Shown in pieces: positions 11,114 through 24,900 of a stretch of DNA of 64,000 nt. Source of the stretch: Octopus bimaculoides. Lineage: Eukaryota. A program made the position numbers and the translations under genes. The notes beneath the pieces were generated by a model. It did not search any database. It was not told where the DNA came from and saw only the letters and a program-made list of their open reading frames with translations. The stretch is taken from assembly GCF_001194135.2 (NCBI RefSeq), contig NC_068984.1, positions 25,713,377 through 25,777,376 on the forward strand, given 5' to 3'. Position 1 is the first letter of the stretch. Each line of letters starts with the position of its first letter.

Positions 11114-13469
11114 GAAGCAGTTCTATTTTGAGGCATGCACTATTGAAACCAGTTTTAAAATAGTTTACCATCAATGGTATTAATCTGCAAGTGCTCACTA
11201 AACTGAATTTAAAACTGGTTTGTCACACATCACATGGAAACTTACCAAAAACTCTTTCATCATTGACATCACGTATGCAGAACCAAACTCCAGCAGGGAA
11301 AGCACAGACCAAAATGTGAAGATCAAAGAAAAAAGAAACCCAAGTTGTAGGTTGATGTTCTGATACTGAAGCTATAATAGGGATGTGGATTTTAGCATAA
11401 CCAGTATCCCAAAGAGAATAGAACCTTCCACTCCATGGTGCAATAAAACCTGAAAAAAAAAAGACAAATGAAAATAAAGGTATTATTTTTTTAAATAATA
11501 ATAATTTTGAATAATTTATATTTTGCAGGGTATCATAGCATTACTGTTTGAGCTGGTCTTTGAAAATAATAGTTGATCTCAAAAATACTGCTGTCATATA
11601 TTAAAAGATCACAGCTATTGAGCAATTATGAGGTAGAAATAGGAAAGTCTAGTGGTATCAGTTTGAAAATGTTCATTTGAAAATTTCCATTTGGAAGGAA
11701 TATGTAAAACTTTGTTTGAGATGAACATTGGAATAAGGAAAAAAACATGAAAGCTGTTTGAATTGTAAGTGAAGTGAATAAGTTATACATTTTGCGAAGG
11801 CATTTTATGGGACAGCATGAACAAATAAGTTTAACAAAATTTGAACATTGGAAAGTTGAAGATCAATGCTTGAGGAAAATACATATTTGATGTGATGGTT
11901 ATGAAGGGAAAATTTTGTCTGACTTCTGAAGCATGTCAAATGTTAAGAAATACATGTAGTAATCTTTAAAAATAATAATGATGATGATGATAATAATAAT
12001 AATCCTTGTAATATTACGCCGTATGTAAACAAACAAGTTTGCTTTCGAAGCACTGAAATGTATGGTAGAACAAGTAGAAAGATGAATTTTATTCAACGCT
12101 TAGATACAGTATAGATATAAAGGATAAAAATCCTTTTTTTTTCTTTTTAAAAGAAGAAAAATTTGTCGGCAGCACCAAAGAAACTCATCATATTTGATGT
12201 GATGGCTATGAAGAATAGCTTCGGTGGTGAGTAGAAGCAATGCAGAGAATAGAAAAAAGATTTGAAAAAGTAGAATCAAATAGAATTAGATGTAGTGAAA
12301 CACTAGTTAATCTACTATTGGATGTTAATACTCTCTAAGATGCTGGTGATTGAAAGAGATGTATTGATCTACATCGTTAAAACCACAGTAGAGCAAAGAA
12401 TTAACTGGTAACATGTAAAAAAAAACACCCAGTACACTCTGTGAAGTGATTGATGTTAGGGAAGGGCATTCAGCTGCAGAAAGCAAGCCAAGACAGATGA
12501 CTGGAGCCTGGTGCAGCTATCTGACTTACTAGCTCCAGTCAAACTATCTAGTCCATGCCAGTATGGAAAACACAGGTGTTAAAATGGATGATGATGATAT
12601 ATGTTTATGAACATATATTAAAGACATATGTGCACAGAGAGGCATACAGCTACACACACACTATAATCATCATCATTTTTATATTCACTGTTTCTAAGCT
12701 GTCATGAATTGGCCAAGAGTTATTGAAGCAGTACTGCACAGCTGGATAGCCTTTGTGTCACCAACACTTACTTGTGAAACAAATTAGATAACCTTTATTA
12801 CATAGTCTTCACACAAGACAAAGCCACTGAGCAATGGAACATATTGTTTACATGAAGTGTAAACATTGTCACTGTTTTGGTTTAGCCAGATGTTTCCACC
12901 AATTGATTAATTCTGTCACTCACCAAAGAATTACTACAAATAAGTATACACATCATGGATGTTAGTGCTTGTTGCCTGGCATATGTTAAGTGATGAAGGC
13001 GGGGGTTAAATTCATTATGTCATTAGATATAGACAGGTGTTAGCAGTAATAATACATATGTTTTTGCATGCCTATGGCTAAAAGGGTAAAACCCCCTTGG
13101 GTCATGAACGACCATGTGATTGCACCTAGAAAGTTCCCTTCTAAGGTACAAGTCTGGGCAAGATTGTTTAAGGAAGACCAGCAGTCACCCATGCACTGTA
13201 GCCTCCCCTCTCCATTCCACTGATGTCCAAGAGAAAGGCAAAGGCCGATACAGCTTGGCGCCAGTGATGCCGCAACTCATTTCTACAGCTGAGTGAACTG
13301 GAGCAGCATGAAATAAAGTGTCTTGCTCAAGAACACAGCATGGTCTGTGAATCGAACTCACTACCTCATGATTGTGAACCTGATACTCTAACCACTGAGT
13401 CATGTGCATTCACACGTATGACTATGAACATCCATATTAAACACATATAGACATACATGTACAGGGAAA

Positions 13470-13505
<36 letters not shown>

Positions 13506-16500
13506 ATCATCATCATCATTTTTATATCCACTTTTTCTATGCTGCCGTGAATTGGCCAAAAGTTATTGAAGAGGCACTGCACAGGTGGATAGCTTTTGTG
13601 TCACCAACACATACTTGTAAAGTAACTTTTATTACAGAGTCTTCACACAAGACAAAATCATCAAGCAATGAAGCATACTGTTTGGATGAAGTGTAAACAT
13701 TGTCACAATTTTTATTTATAATGGTAACAATGTGAAGATATGTGGAAACACACACACACACACACACATATATTTAGACAATAGGTTTCAAGCAGTTTCC
13801 ATCTACCAAATTTCTCTTACATAGCAATGGTTGGTCCAAGCTATAAAAGGCACTCACCCAAGGTACCTTGCAATGGGATAGAACCTGAAACCTGGGTAGG
13901 CTGGGATGCAGACATCTAAAATTGCTCTAGTTTTTTGTTTTTGTGACCACCACGTGGCAACTAGATGAAATTTTGCACAACAATAGAGAAAGATATGAAT
14001 AACAACCACACAAACTTGTCAAGCGTGAAAAGTGCATATTAACGAGTTTTTGTCGCCCTCTTGAGACCAAAACTAGAAACTAGGCCAATGGCATGTGTAT
14101 TAGAGTGCTTTTTTGTTGTGAAAGAAAGATTGTGATGTATAGAATGTTGAAACAAATCTAAATAAATAAGATTGTGAACTTAAATTTACATACTATTAGA
14201 GGGTCTTTTTCTTGGTTTTTTACTTGAAATATTTTCAGTTACTGAGACATGTTTGCAAACCATTTAGATCAAATGGGAATGGGGGAGGGGTTATGAAGGG
14301 TAAATTTCGTCTGACCTCTAAAGCATGTCGAATGTTAAGAAATACATGTAGTAATATTTAAAAGTAATGATGATGATAATAATAACAATAATACTTGTAA
14401 TTTTAACAAGACCAAAGAAACTCATCATTTTTCTCTTGTCTCCCTCATCTCTATGTTACACTTTATTCTTCTGCATTAGTCTCTTCTCTCATACACACTC
14501 TCTCTTGATTTCTTGCATGCATATACACACACATATATGTGGACATGCACACACAGACATACATCTCTCTCTCCACATCTCTTCATTCCAAATAGAAAAT
14601 TTTGAGAAATGATAAGAGTATCCACACATGCAATCATGATACCAATCTGCTTTATTATAAGTAACTTGGACATTTGACATCATCATCATCATCATCGTTT
14701 AATGTCCGCTTTCCATGCTAGCATGGGTTGGACGATTTGACTGAGGACTGGTGCAACCGGATGGCTACACCAGGCTCCAATCTAATTTGGCAGAGTTTCT
14801 ACAGCTGGATGCCCTTCCTAACGCCAACCACTCCGAGAGTGTAGTGGGTGCTTACAGGACATAAAACAGTTATTGATATCCATTTTCAACTTGTCTTCAT
14901 TAATAACACTTTATATTGGTAGCTTATTAATGATTGCATAAATCGAATCAAAAAATTCAAAGGTCCCAAAGCAGTTTGTTATATGACCAGGTTGCATTGT
15001 CCATGTACAGCATGATAAATGCACTTCATACCTATATGGCTATCATTTCAAAGCTAACTGTGTCTAACATCATATACATTTTCACTTAATGCAGGATGAA
15101 AACTTTACCACAGAGGTAAACGTCTGTAAAATAATATTGTGGGTTTAAATATGGGAATTCACTACCACTTCTGTAACTCACTGGAGAAGTGACAAACTAT
15201 GCTTGTAATGAATTACAGTTGAATTTGATGCATGAATATGAAAACAAGTAAAATTTAAATTTATAGATAATCCAAGTCAACATTCTCATTTGAGGTGAGC
15301 TCTAACACCTCTATTCTTCTTCCTCACCTTCCACATCATCTCCTGCTTGAGCTAAATTTTGGCAAGTACTGCATCTACACAGATCTGTGCAGGTTACTTT
15401 GTGCTGTTGACATGAGCACTGACCCTTTCCTTCACCTTTGGGTTCCTCACAGCTATTCTTCTTGCAAATGCAATAAGCAAGCTCAAGCAGAGCACTTGGT
15501 GCAGGTGGAAGACCACCCCCACACTACCTCTATAGTGGTATCTGTTACTTTCCATCCAAGGTTGTGTAGGCTGGGGATACTGGGAAACTGTTCAAGACAT
15601 CTGGTAGGTACACCCGCTTGGTAGTGTTTCACCATGGCATCATGTGTGGGAGGCATGTTCATCTCCGCTTTAGTGCCCATCAAGAACTTGTTACACCGTG
15701 CTGCATTGACACTCAAACAATCTTGATCATACAGTCTACAAACAAAGTTCTCCACTGAGTATACCAGACCATCTTCTACAGAGAATGTTGCACCAAATTG
15801 TTGAATGGCTGCTTGAAAATCAACAGATTCAGTCATGAGCTTCAAGGCTTTCTTCTTAGACCGGCCACAGAAACAACTTGTTGAGTCACAGCTTGTAAAA
15901 CAATGAAGGCTGATGAGGGCATCTGGTCTCTGAGATGATTTTGTATAGCTGTTAGATTAAGTGTATGCTTGTTGTTGCCTCTACCAGTGTGAAAGAGTAG
16001 CTGGGCCTGAATTTGATGAGCCTTTGCTATGCCAATAATGAAAACATCAGTGTCTGGGCTCTTTATAATGATTTTCTTTGAAAATGGGAGAACTCTTCCG
16101 TGAGTCTTAATCACATGCATGTAACATAACCTAGGGGTTATGAAGGGAACTTTTCACAACACAGTTACACACATATATACATATACATGCAATTTGAAGG
16201 TAGAGAAGTTAATGATAAAGTGCCAAAATATAATTGGTGAAAAGTTTAGGAAACCCCTTTGTTTGTGCTCACTATCAATCATCATCATCATCCATTGTCC
16301 ATACTTGCATGGGTTGGACGGTTTGACCGGGGCTGGCAAACTGGAAGACTGCACCAGATACCAGTCTGATTTGGCATGGTTTCTATGGCTGGATGCCCTT
16401 CCTAATGCCAATCACTCCAAGAGTGTAATGGGTATTTTTACATGCCGTTTGTGTGACACCAATATCTGCCACAACTGCGATTTTACTTGGCCTGATGGGT

Positions 16501-18900
16501 CTTCTTCTCAAGCACAGCATAATACCAAAGTTCTCAGTCATTTGCCATTGCCTTTGTGAGGCCCAACACTCAAAAGGTGCTTTTCACATGCCACTTTGCC
16601 TCCGTGAGGCCCAACGCTCGAAAGGTATCTTTAATGTGCCACTGGCAGGGATGCCAGATATGTGACACCAGGAAGTAGTTCAATGTAAAATCAGCCACAC
16701 GACAAGTAAAGTGTAAAACAAAGTGGAAGTTTCAGAGAAGAAAACTAAGAACTAGGGTTGATATAAATAGTCCAATGATTGAAACCGAATACCATTAATA
16801 AATAATCACATATCTACTGCTTTGTCCTTAACTGAATACTCTGCTTGCCAAAATCTCTCAAGTTACAAATACGTTTTGCCCAATGATAAAACAATGTGTT
16901 AAAAATAGTTTTAGAATGGAAAGAGAGAAACCTACATTATCAACCTTTGACTGCAATAATCAAATGAGGCCTTTCATTTTTAGCAAGATTTGGAAACACA
17001 ATAAAATTTTCATATGGTAACTCTTGGCTTCTAAAATTTAAGCAAACTAGTTTGAAAATAATGGCAACTTACCAGCCCAAGTCAACCCAACAACAGTGAT
17101 AAAGACCAAACCAGCTGCAGCTACAATTGAAATGATGAAAAAGTAGCGGAATTCTGATTTGGAGAGCACAGACTGGATGTACCTCAGAGCAGCATAAGCA
17201 TTCAGTAGTGCAAATACACCTGAAATAAAAAACATTTCTTTTGAGTGGGTACAAAATCATTTATTTTCTTACAGAAGAGATTCAAATCAGTGAAACCAAA
17301 TGGAGTCTAACTAGAGATTATAGAGCAGCTAGACTGACTTGTTACTAAATAGGCTAAACTCACTGCCACTGAAAGCAATTAGTTGGATGATAAATACTAA
17401 GGAGTAGTAAAATTAAAATTCTTTGTAAAGGTTGTAAGTACTGGGGTAGATATTGTCAATATCTAATTGCAACCAACATGGAAAATTTTACATAATATCA
17501 GTAAAGTTTAATAAAGGACAAAAATCTGAACTTTTTCAAATGATTCTGATTCTTGTTGTATGTAGAGCTTTACAAAAGAGCATTTGATTTATTTTTATGA
17601 ACTTTTAGACTATTGTTCTCTTTGTTTAGCATGAGAACTCAATACTGTGTGGCTCAATTAGTTTCATAAATATGTCTAAATACATTGCATAATTAACAGA
17701 ATAAATGATGACAACTTCAATCAGAATTCACAACAAATCTGTGAATGCAGCATATTAAGATCTTGCCACTATTACATAGCAGCCGTCATACATTTTTCTT
17801 ATCAAAAATAATAATTTAAATAAAGAATCAATGAGAAGACTGTTAAACCAAGCTCATGAATGTTTGTTTTCATTCAACCATTTAAAATTTTTTATTTATA
17901 CATCTGTTGTGTAAATAAAAACAAACAAAACATATTAAGATTAATGATTTACTTATAATTATTGAAATTATTAGGTAGCATCTTTACTTGTTTAATAATT
18001 CGTCATGTAAGAAACATCAAAATATAATGAATTTAATTAAATTAGGAACATATATGACTTTTCTCAATTTCTGGTTCTACAATTTTCTCATTCTGTTTGC
18101 ATGAGAACAGAGGTGGACTGTTATTTTAAACACACACCCACCCATCTGTACCAACAAACCTTGACTTGTATGCTTGAAAATAGAAGCCACGGCATTGATC
18201 CTTTTAACTAGGAAGATTTAAAAACAGGTTGCAGCTTGTTAGGAGTTTGCTTTTGATTCTATGCTATTTATAGAAATATAGTTAAAATAAACATAATAAA
18301 GAATAACTGAGAAAGAAATAGAAAGTATAGAAAATAGGTATGGTAAGAGAAGGGAAATGATCCTGTTTGTTATTAGATGATTAAAATAAGACAAATTCAA
18401 ATTCATACCTGCTGCAGCCATGTGTTCACTGGTACGAATAGGTTGAAATCCAACAAATGGAATTTGCATTGACAATAACAATCCAACGATGTAGAATGTC
18501 GTGTATGCTAGAAGTAGTGAGAAAACACATCTAAAATACTTTTACAGTAATATTTAAAAGAGAATTATAAATATTTTAAAACAATTACTGGATATTTAAA
18601 AAAAAAATCTAAAAGGAATAAAAACCAAAACAGACTAGTAACATAGCATGTTGTCTTGTGTCAACATTTTGTATTTTACGGAATATTATTTTATAAATAC
18701 AATAATACGCTTTTACTTGTTTCAGTCATTTGACTGCGGCCATGCTGGAGCACCGCCTTTAGTCGAGCAGATCGACCCCAGGACTTATTCTTTGGAAGCC
18801 TAGTACTTATTCTATCGGTCTCTTTTGCCGAACCGCTAAGTTACGGGGACGTAAACACACCAGCATCGGTTGTCAAGTGATGTTGGGGGGACAAACACAG

Positions 18901-18963
<63 letters not shown>

Positions 18964-21900
18964 TATGACGGGCTTCTTTCAGTTTCCGTTCACTCACAAG
19001 GCTTTGGTCGGCCCAAGGCTATAGTAGAAGACACTTGCCCAAGGTGCCACACAGTGGGACTGAACCTGGAACCATGTGGTTGGTAAGCAAGCTATTTACC
19101 ACACAGCCACTCCTGCACCTATATATATTTATTTTTAGTAGATATTTGTTTAGAATTTAACCAAACTTGCTTGTTGAATAAACAACTCCTCAATGGTAAT
19201 TGTAGCATTCACACTCTCTAAACCTAGTATAGCATAGTTGACATTGACGTTTGAGACTTGGATATGCAATGTTAAGATGGATTTACAGAAAAAATTAAAG
19301 TTAAACTGTGAATATTAGAAGTAACTGGAGACAAAAGTAGAATAGAGGACCAATGACAGTTGTTTCATAATGTAATATTGGTTGATCATTTATGATGAAA
19401 ATAAATACTTGTCATAAGAGTATCATTTGTTCATTGGTTTATTTTTATATCTATTTTCTATCTTAGCATGGTTTAGACAAATATATTATTGAGGCAACGT
19501 TTTACAGCTAGATGCTCTTCCTGTCACTGACCCTTAGCTGTTTTTTGAAGTAAGGGATCTCTTATTTCATATGCCTTTGAAGTGGATGATTTGTTGACAG
19601 ATAAATGACAAAATCACCACTTGTGACTCAAGTGATTTTGGAGAAATGCAAATGTAAACGAACATACCATCAACACACACATGATTGGCCTCTTTCAGTT
19701 TCTCTCTACATAATCCATTCACAAGGCTATTATATCATCACCATTTAATGTTTTCCATGCTGGTATGGGTTGGACAGTTTAACTGGAGCTGGCAAGGCCA
19801 GGAGGCACAGGTTTCATAGTCTGTTCTGGCTTGGTTTTTATGGCTGGATGCCCTTCTTAATGCCAACCACTTTACAGAGTATACAGGGTGCTTTTTATGT
19901 GGCACCAGCACTAGTACTTTTTATGTGGCACCAGCACTAGTACTTTTTGTGTGGCACCAAAACCAGGAATTTTTACATGGCATCAGCAGCATCATAATAA
20001 TTTAACTTCATATGGCCTGAACTAGAAAAAATTATCTGAAGTTTTGGTAGAGTAAATCAAACCCTCTATACCCTACAGGTTAAAAGCCTCAACATTTATT
20101 GATTTGATCTCAATATAAATCATAATGCTTGAATATATTGAACTATCATTGATAGTAAATGAAATATTTTCTACTTACCAATATAAATTCGCCTAGAATA
20201 TCGTTTCATCAGCAATAACACAAAGACATGAAGTGGGATTAAGTTGATGATGAAAACATACCCACCCCAAGCTGATACCTGCAAAAGAAAATATTTTAGA
20301 TAAAAATGAAAAAAGGAAATTAAAGTAATTTGTTTTAATCTAAAGAAACATTATACAATTAAACATTTCAGTAAACAGCTTCAAATCGTGAAAAGAAACT
20401 TACTTTTACATGTATTGAAAGACTTCGATTTAAAATTGCTTTAATGTTTGGCAAGGTATTTAAATTATGAACAGGAATACCATTATTTTCTATGATTTCT
20501 CTTTTAAAAGAACTTTCTGAAACAATTAACAATACTGACATCAAATTCTTTCAATTAAAAAAAAAAAAGAAAAACAAAAAGAATGTCCCAAAATTCTTAA
20601 NNNNNNNNNNNNNNNNNNNNNNNNNNNNNNNNNNNNNNNNNNNNNNNNNNNNNNNNNNNNNNNNNNNNNNNNNNNNNNNNNNNNNNNNNNNNNNNNNNNN
20701 NNNTTTACAAACAAACGGTAAGAGATACAAACACATTCTACATATTTCTTGATAGGGGAAGGTTTAAAGTTTATAGCTGAACATAATCAATTGAATTAAG
20801 CCTTAAATAAAATAATATTTTAATTTTGTTTTAATGTTTCATTTCATTTAAAGTGTAGTCCCTTAGAAAATGGCAACGCCACAAGAAAAGTCTTTTTGCG
20901 TGCTGCAGTTTGAGAAATGTGAATTGATTGTGCAAGTGCAATGTGAATTTCGCCGCCAATTCAATAAAAATCCACCTTGTCACCTGCAAATTTACGAATG
21001 GCATAAAAATTTCAGAAAAAGGTTGCATTTGTAAAGGAAAAAGCACTGGTGTTCATGGTGCTCGTGTTGACTGCATACTACCTTAAAATAAACTTTAAAC
21101 CCTCCCCTATCAAGAAATATATAAAATGTGTTTGTGTCTCTTACCGTTTGTTTTAAAATAAATTTAAAATCTGCTCTTTCTTTTTGAATAACCCTGTATA
21201 TTAACTGAGATCATAACTTACCATATAGAAGTAGGACAATGCAGTACATACTCCCCAGAATACTGTTCCTGTCTTTACTGCTTTTATCTGCAATAAATAG
21301 ATTAATTAAATGAAATAATCAATTTGAATAAAGGATTAAAAACATAACAGGAAAGGGATATTCAAATACTATCTAGGTGTGCGTGTATATCTCTCCCTGT
21401 TATATCTGTGGCAGTGTGCATGTATCTACATTAATGTATCAATCTATATCAGTGTGTAAGTGTATATGTTAATTTTTGTGCTTGTATATGCCCGTTATTG
21501 TGTGCATGTGTACACATGCATATGCATAAGTGTGCTTGGGTATATCTGTATGTGTGTGCATGTAGATTCAGAAAGGAAGGTATATAAATTCCTTTGCCAA
21601 TGGTACTGGGTGAAGTAAGACGATTGACATCAACAAAATTAATACTTGCTTTGTCAATCTCAGTGTATCAATATTTTTTAGTACAATGACTAATGCATAT
21701 AAGTCTGTTACATGTGTGTATCTGTATACCTGTATTTCTGATTTTTAGATAATAGTATACTGAGATAAAATAGTATACTGTCAGAAGAAATCTATTACTA
21801 TATATATGATATTGAATTTCCTTGATTTAAACAGTTTAAATTTTTACTTTAAACAACATATCCAAATTCTGAGCTGGAATACCATTATTTATGTGTGTGT

Positions 21901-24900
21901 ATATCCCATGCTAGCATAGAGAAAAAAGATGCAAAACAAATATATTAAAGTGTGTGTGTGTGTGTTTGTACATATGGGTATATTTCTATGTTAACAACTA
22001 CAGATATCATTTATCAAAATCATTATGGAAAATTTTAGTTTCAACCAATTTGGTTTCTTAATTAGATCACATTTAAATCTAAATTAAATCACATTTAAAT
22101 CTATATTAAATCACATTTAAATCTAAATTAAATCACATTTAAATCTAAATTAAATCACAAGTATTCCTGGTATTGATTACTTTTTTCTTGTTTGTTATCA
22201 CTAACATTCACATACACACACACACGTATATACATGCACAGTTTCTGTTCACTGTCTTCTGTTTGCAACCCAAAACTAGGTTAGAAAACACATGACCTGG
22301 TTGTAGTGCAGTGGAATTGAACCGAAGTTGCTAAATAAACTCCTTAACCATATAACCATTCCTGGTTGGATTAATAACTTTTACAAATTCAGATATTTGA
22401 ATTTATCCAAGGAAATATCAATATCATTTGTCATCTACAGAAACATGTATAAATCTCTAAAATTAAATCAACTTCAATAAGTTAATCCATTTCTAATTGT
22501 ATCGGTCATAAGAGGACTTTGTTCTGTACAGGCAGCAATATGGTGTGATGTCAACTAGCTCAGTTCTAATGACATCAGAATTTGATAGTTCCAATTTAAA
22601 TCTTACTCTATATCTGCCCAAGTATCAACATCTAGCTCACAACTCTTGTTCACCATTTGTCCAAATTATGACAAATCTGTTTTGCATGTATGTGTCAATG
22701 CCTCATGCCTAACTGCATTCCCAGTTCATTTGCACTCAGTCTCTGTATGCTCCTATTACACAGCCAATGGATCATAAACACACCTATTCAAGTCTCTCAA
22801 TATTTTCTTCTTTTCAGCTTTTACTGTATGTATGAATGAACATGCAAGTTCCATGATGAAATTTGCATCTCAAATGCCTATTTTGTATATTGAGTTGCAA
22901 CAATGGCAACAGGTAGCAAACCTTTTCAGGAGGAAACTTTAACATTTGACATTATGCTTCAACTAACAAAATAATTAACTTATCTAAGTAATGAAATATC
23001 AAAAATAAGTGAAACATTAAGCTACATCATCAACATATGATCTGTGCAACTTGTTAGTAGCAGCAATGTATTTAGATATTGAATCTCAGTCAGTATACAT
23101 GAAGTTTCGATTTCATTTGCTGTATCAATTACTTGTATGAATTACATAATATAAATCTTAAGTGATACCCTATTGCTTTCTAAATTCTCTCAAATTTAAA
23201 TTAGATATGACATTGATTTATATTTGTCAAATCTGTGCTACACTACTGCTTTAACCCTTTAGCATTTAAACTGGCCATATCTGGTCAAAATATTCTACTT
23301 GTTTAATGCTCAAACAGGCCAAATCTGGTCTCTTACACCTACCCTACAATGTCATGCTAAAGCAAACAATCACACTATAGAAATCTCAAAGCTACAAGAT
23401 AATGCATGATTTATTCAAAAGAATGTGAATAAATGAGCATTAAATATTTTTGGTTTTGAATATAATAAAATTCAAATTATCTTCTCAAATGTGTAAAGAA
23501 AAAAAGAAAGAAAAAAATCAAAATTTTGAAGTCTCATTTTACAAAAACAGTATGTATAAAAATATTGTTTTTATAAAAGTTTAGAATAAGAATTAGAGTA
23601 CTAAGAAAAATAATTAGGCTAGATAATTTACTATTAGTACTGTTAATGAGAACACTGCACTTCAAGTAACTATGGAATGCAATACTAAAAAGTTGCACAG
23701 CAAAATTTATTATTAAAAGATAACACCTAATAGGAAAAAATCTAAGACCAATCAGATTTTAAACCAAGGCATTGTCATAAAATCAAATACTGAAATGACA
23801 TGCTTGTGTTGAGAGAGGTATGGGTTTTCAAAAGGATACCTTTTGAGTGATATCAAATAAGGGTTACAGATTCATGTCTGTGTAAAAAAAAAAAAGTACA
23901 AAAATGAGAATAATGAACGCTAGACATGTCACCATCTAAACACTAAAATGTCAATCTTGTACAAGAATGTAATGCTGTTTCCAATGAAATTTAAGAGAAG
24001 AATGAACAAGAATTGAAAAATCAACATAAAATTTATCTGAAAACTACAAACTATGACAGAGCTTTACAATAAAATAGTAAGCATAGTTGAGAAAAAGTTT
24101 CTAAATTAAATTGTTTGAAGTTTCAAGACTAAAACCATTCCATTGCTGAAGTTGAAATTATTTGTAAATAAAGAAATTAATCCAACATTTTGAAGTTCAA
24201 TTTAGATTCTCACAAATCATTATTTTATATTTGTTTTTATCTCCACATTTGCAGGGCCAAATTACTTAAATAGGTGAAATAAATGATCAATATCTATTTA
24301 CTAATAAATTAGTTTATTAGGAAAAATAAAAGCTAATTAACATAGTAAGCATATGTCTTGGCAATATATTATAAACCTTTGCAATCTTGATGTTGGCCAT
24401 AGTACACCCAGCCTGCGCCCACCCGTACAGTGCGCTAGACCGATGGTGCTGCACGCTTTGCGGCTCCATGAACCTCAGTTCTAGTTAGTTCAAAACTCTC
24501 TTTTGACTCACAATAGAAACATTTTATTTACATCACCAATGTTGTTAAGTGGAGGAATATGGCATAGTGGTTTGGGTGTTGGATTCATCATCATGAGATG
24601 ATGGATTTTGATTCTCAGGCTAGATGGCACATTGTGTCCTTGGGCAACGCTCTTCATTTCACATTGCTTCAGTTGACTTGGCTGAAAATGAGCACCAGCA
24701 ACAACAACAGGGGAATTAATCCTTCCACCCACTGGTATCCTGTTTGTGAGTTCAGAACTCTCTGTTGTTTTAAACACCGTAGAAGAAACTGGTACAAGCT
24801 CCAATATAATGGGTCCAGTGGCTTGAGACAGACTTTAATGTTTTGGGGAAAACTGCTTTTCTCCTTCTATAAACAACAAATTTCATACCTCAAAAATAAA

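Noticed and set aside
22560-22960. Gypsy protease-like remnant (LDVDTWADI) on the minus strand
   Set aside because: A single weak motif needing frameshifts; not enough support.
24425-24470. SRP (7SL) RNA fragment
   Set aside because: Only short patches (AGTGCGCTA, CCGAT, GCAC) resemble the recalled sequence and the flanks do not; kept only as an unexplained island.
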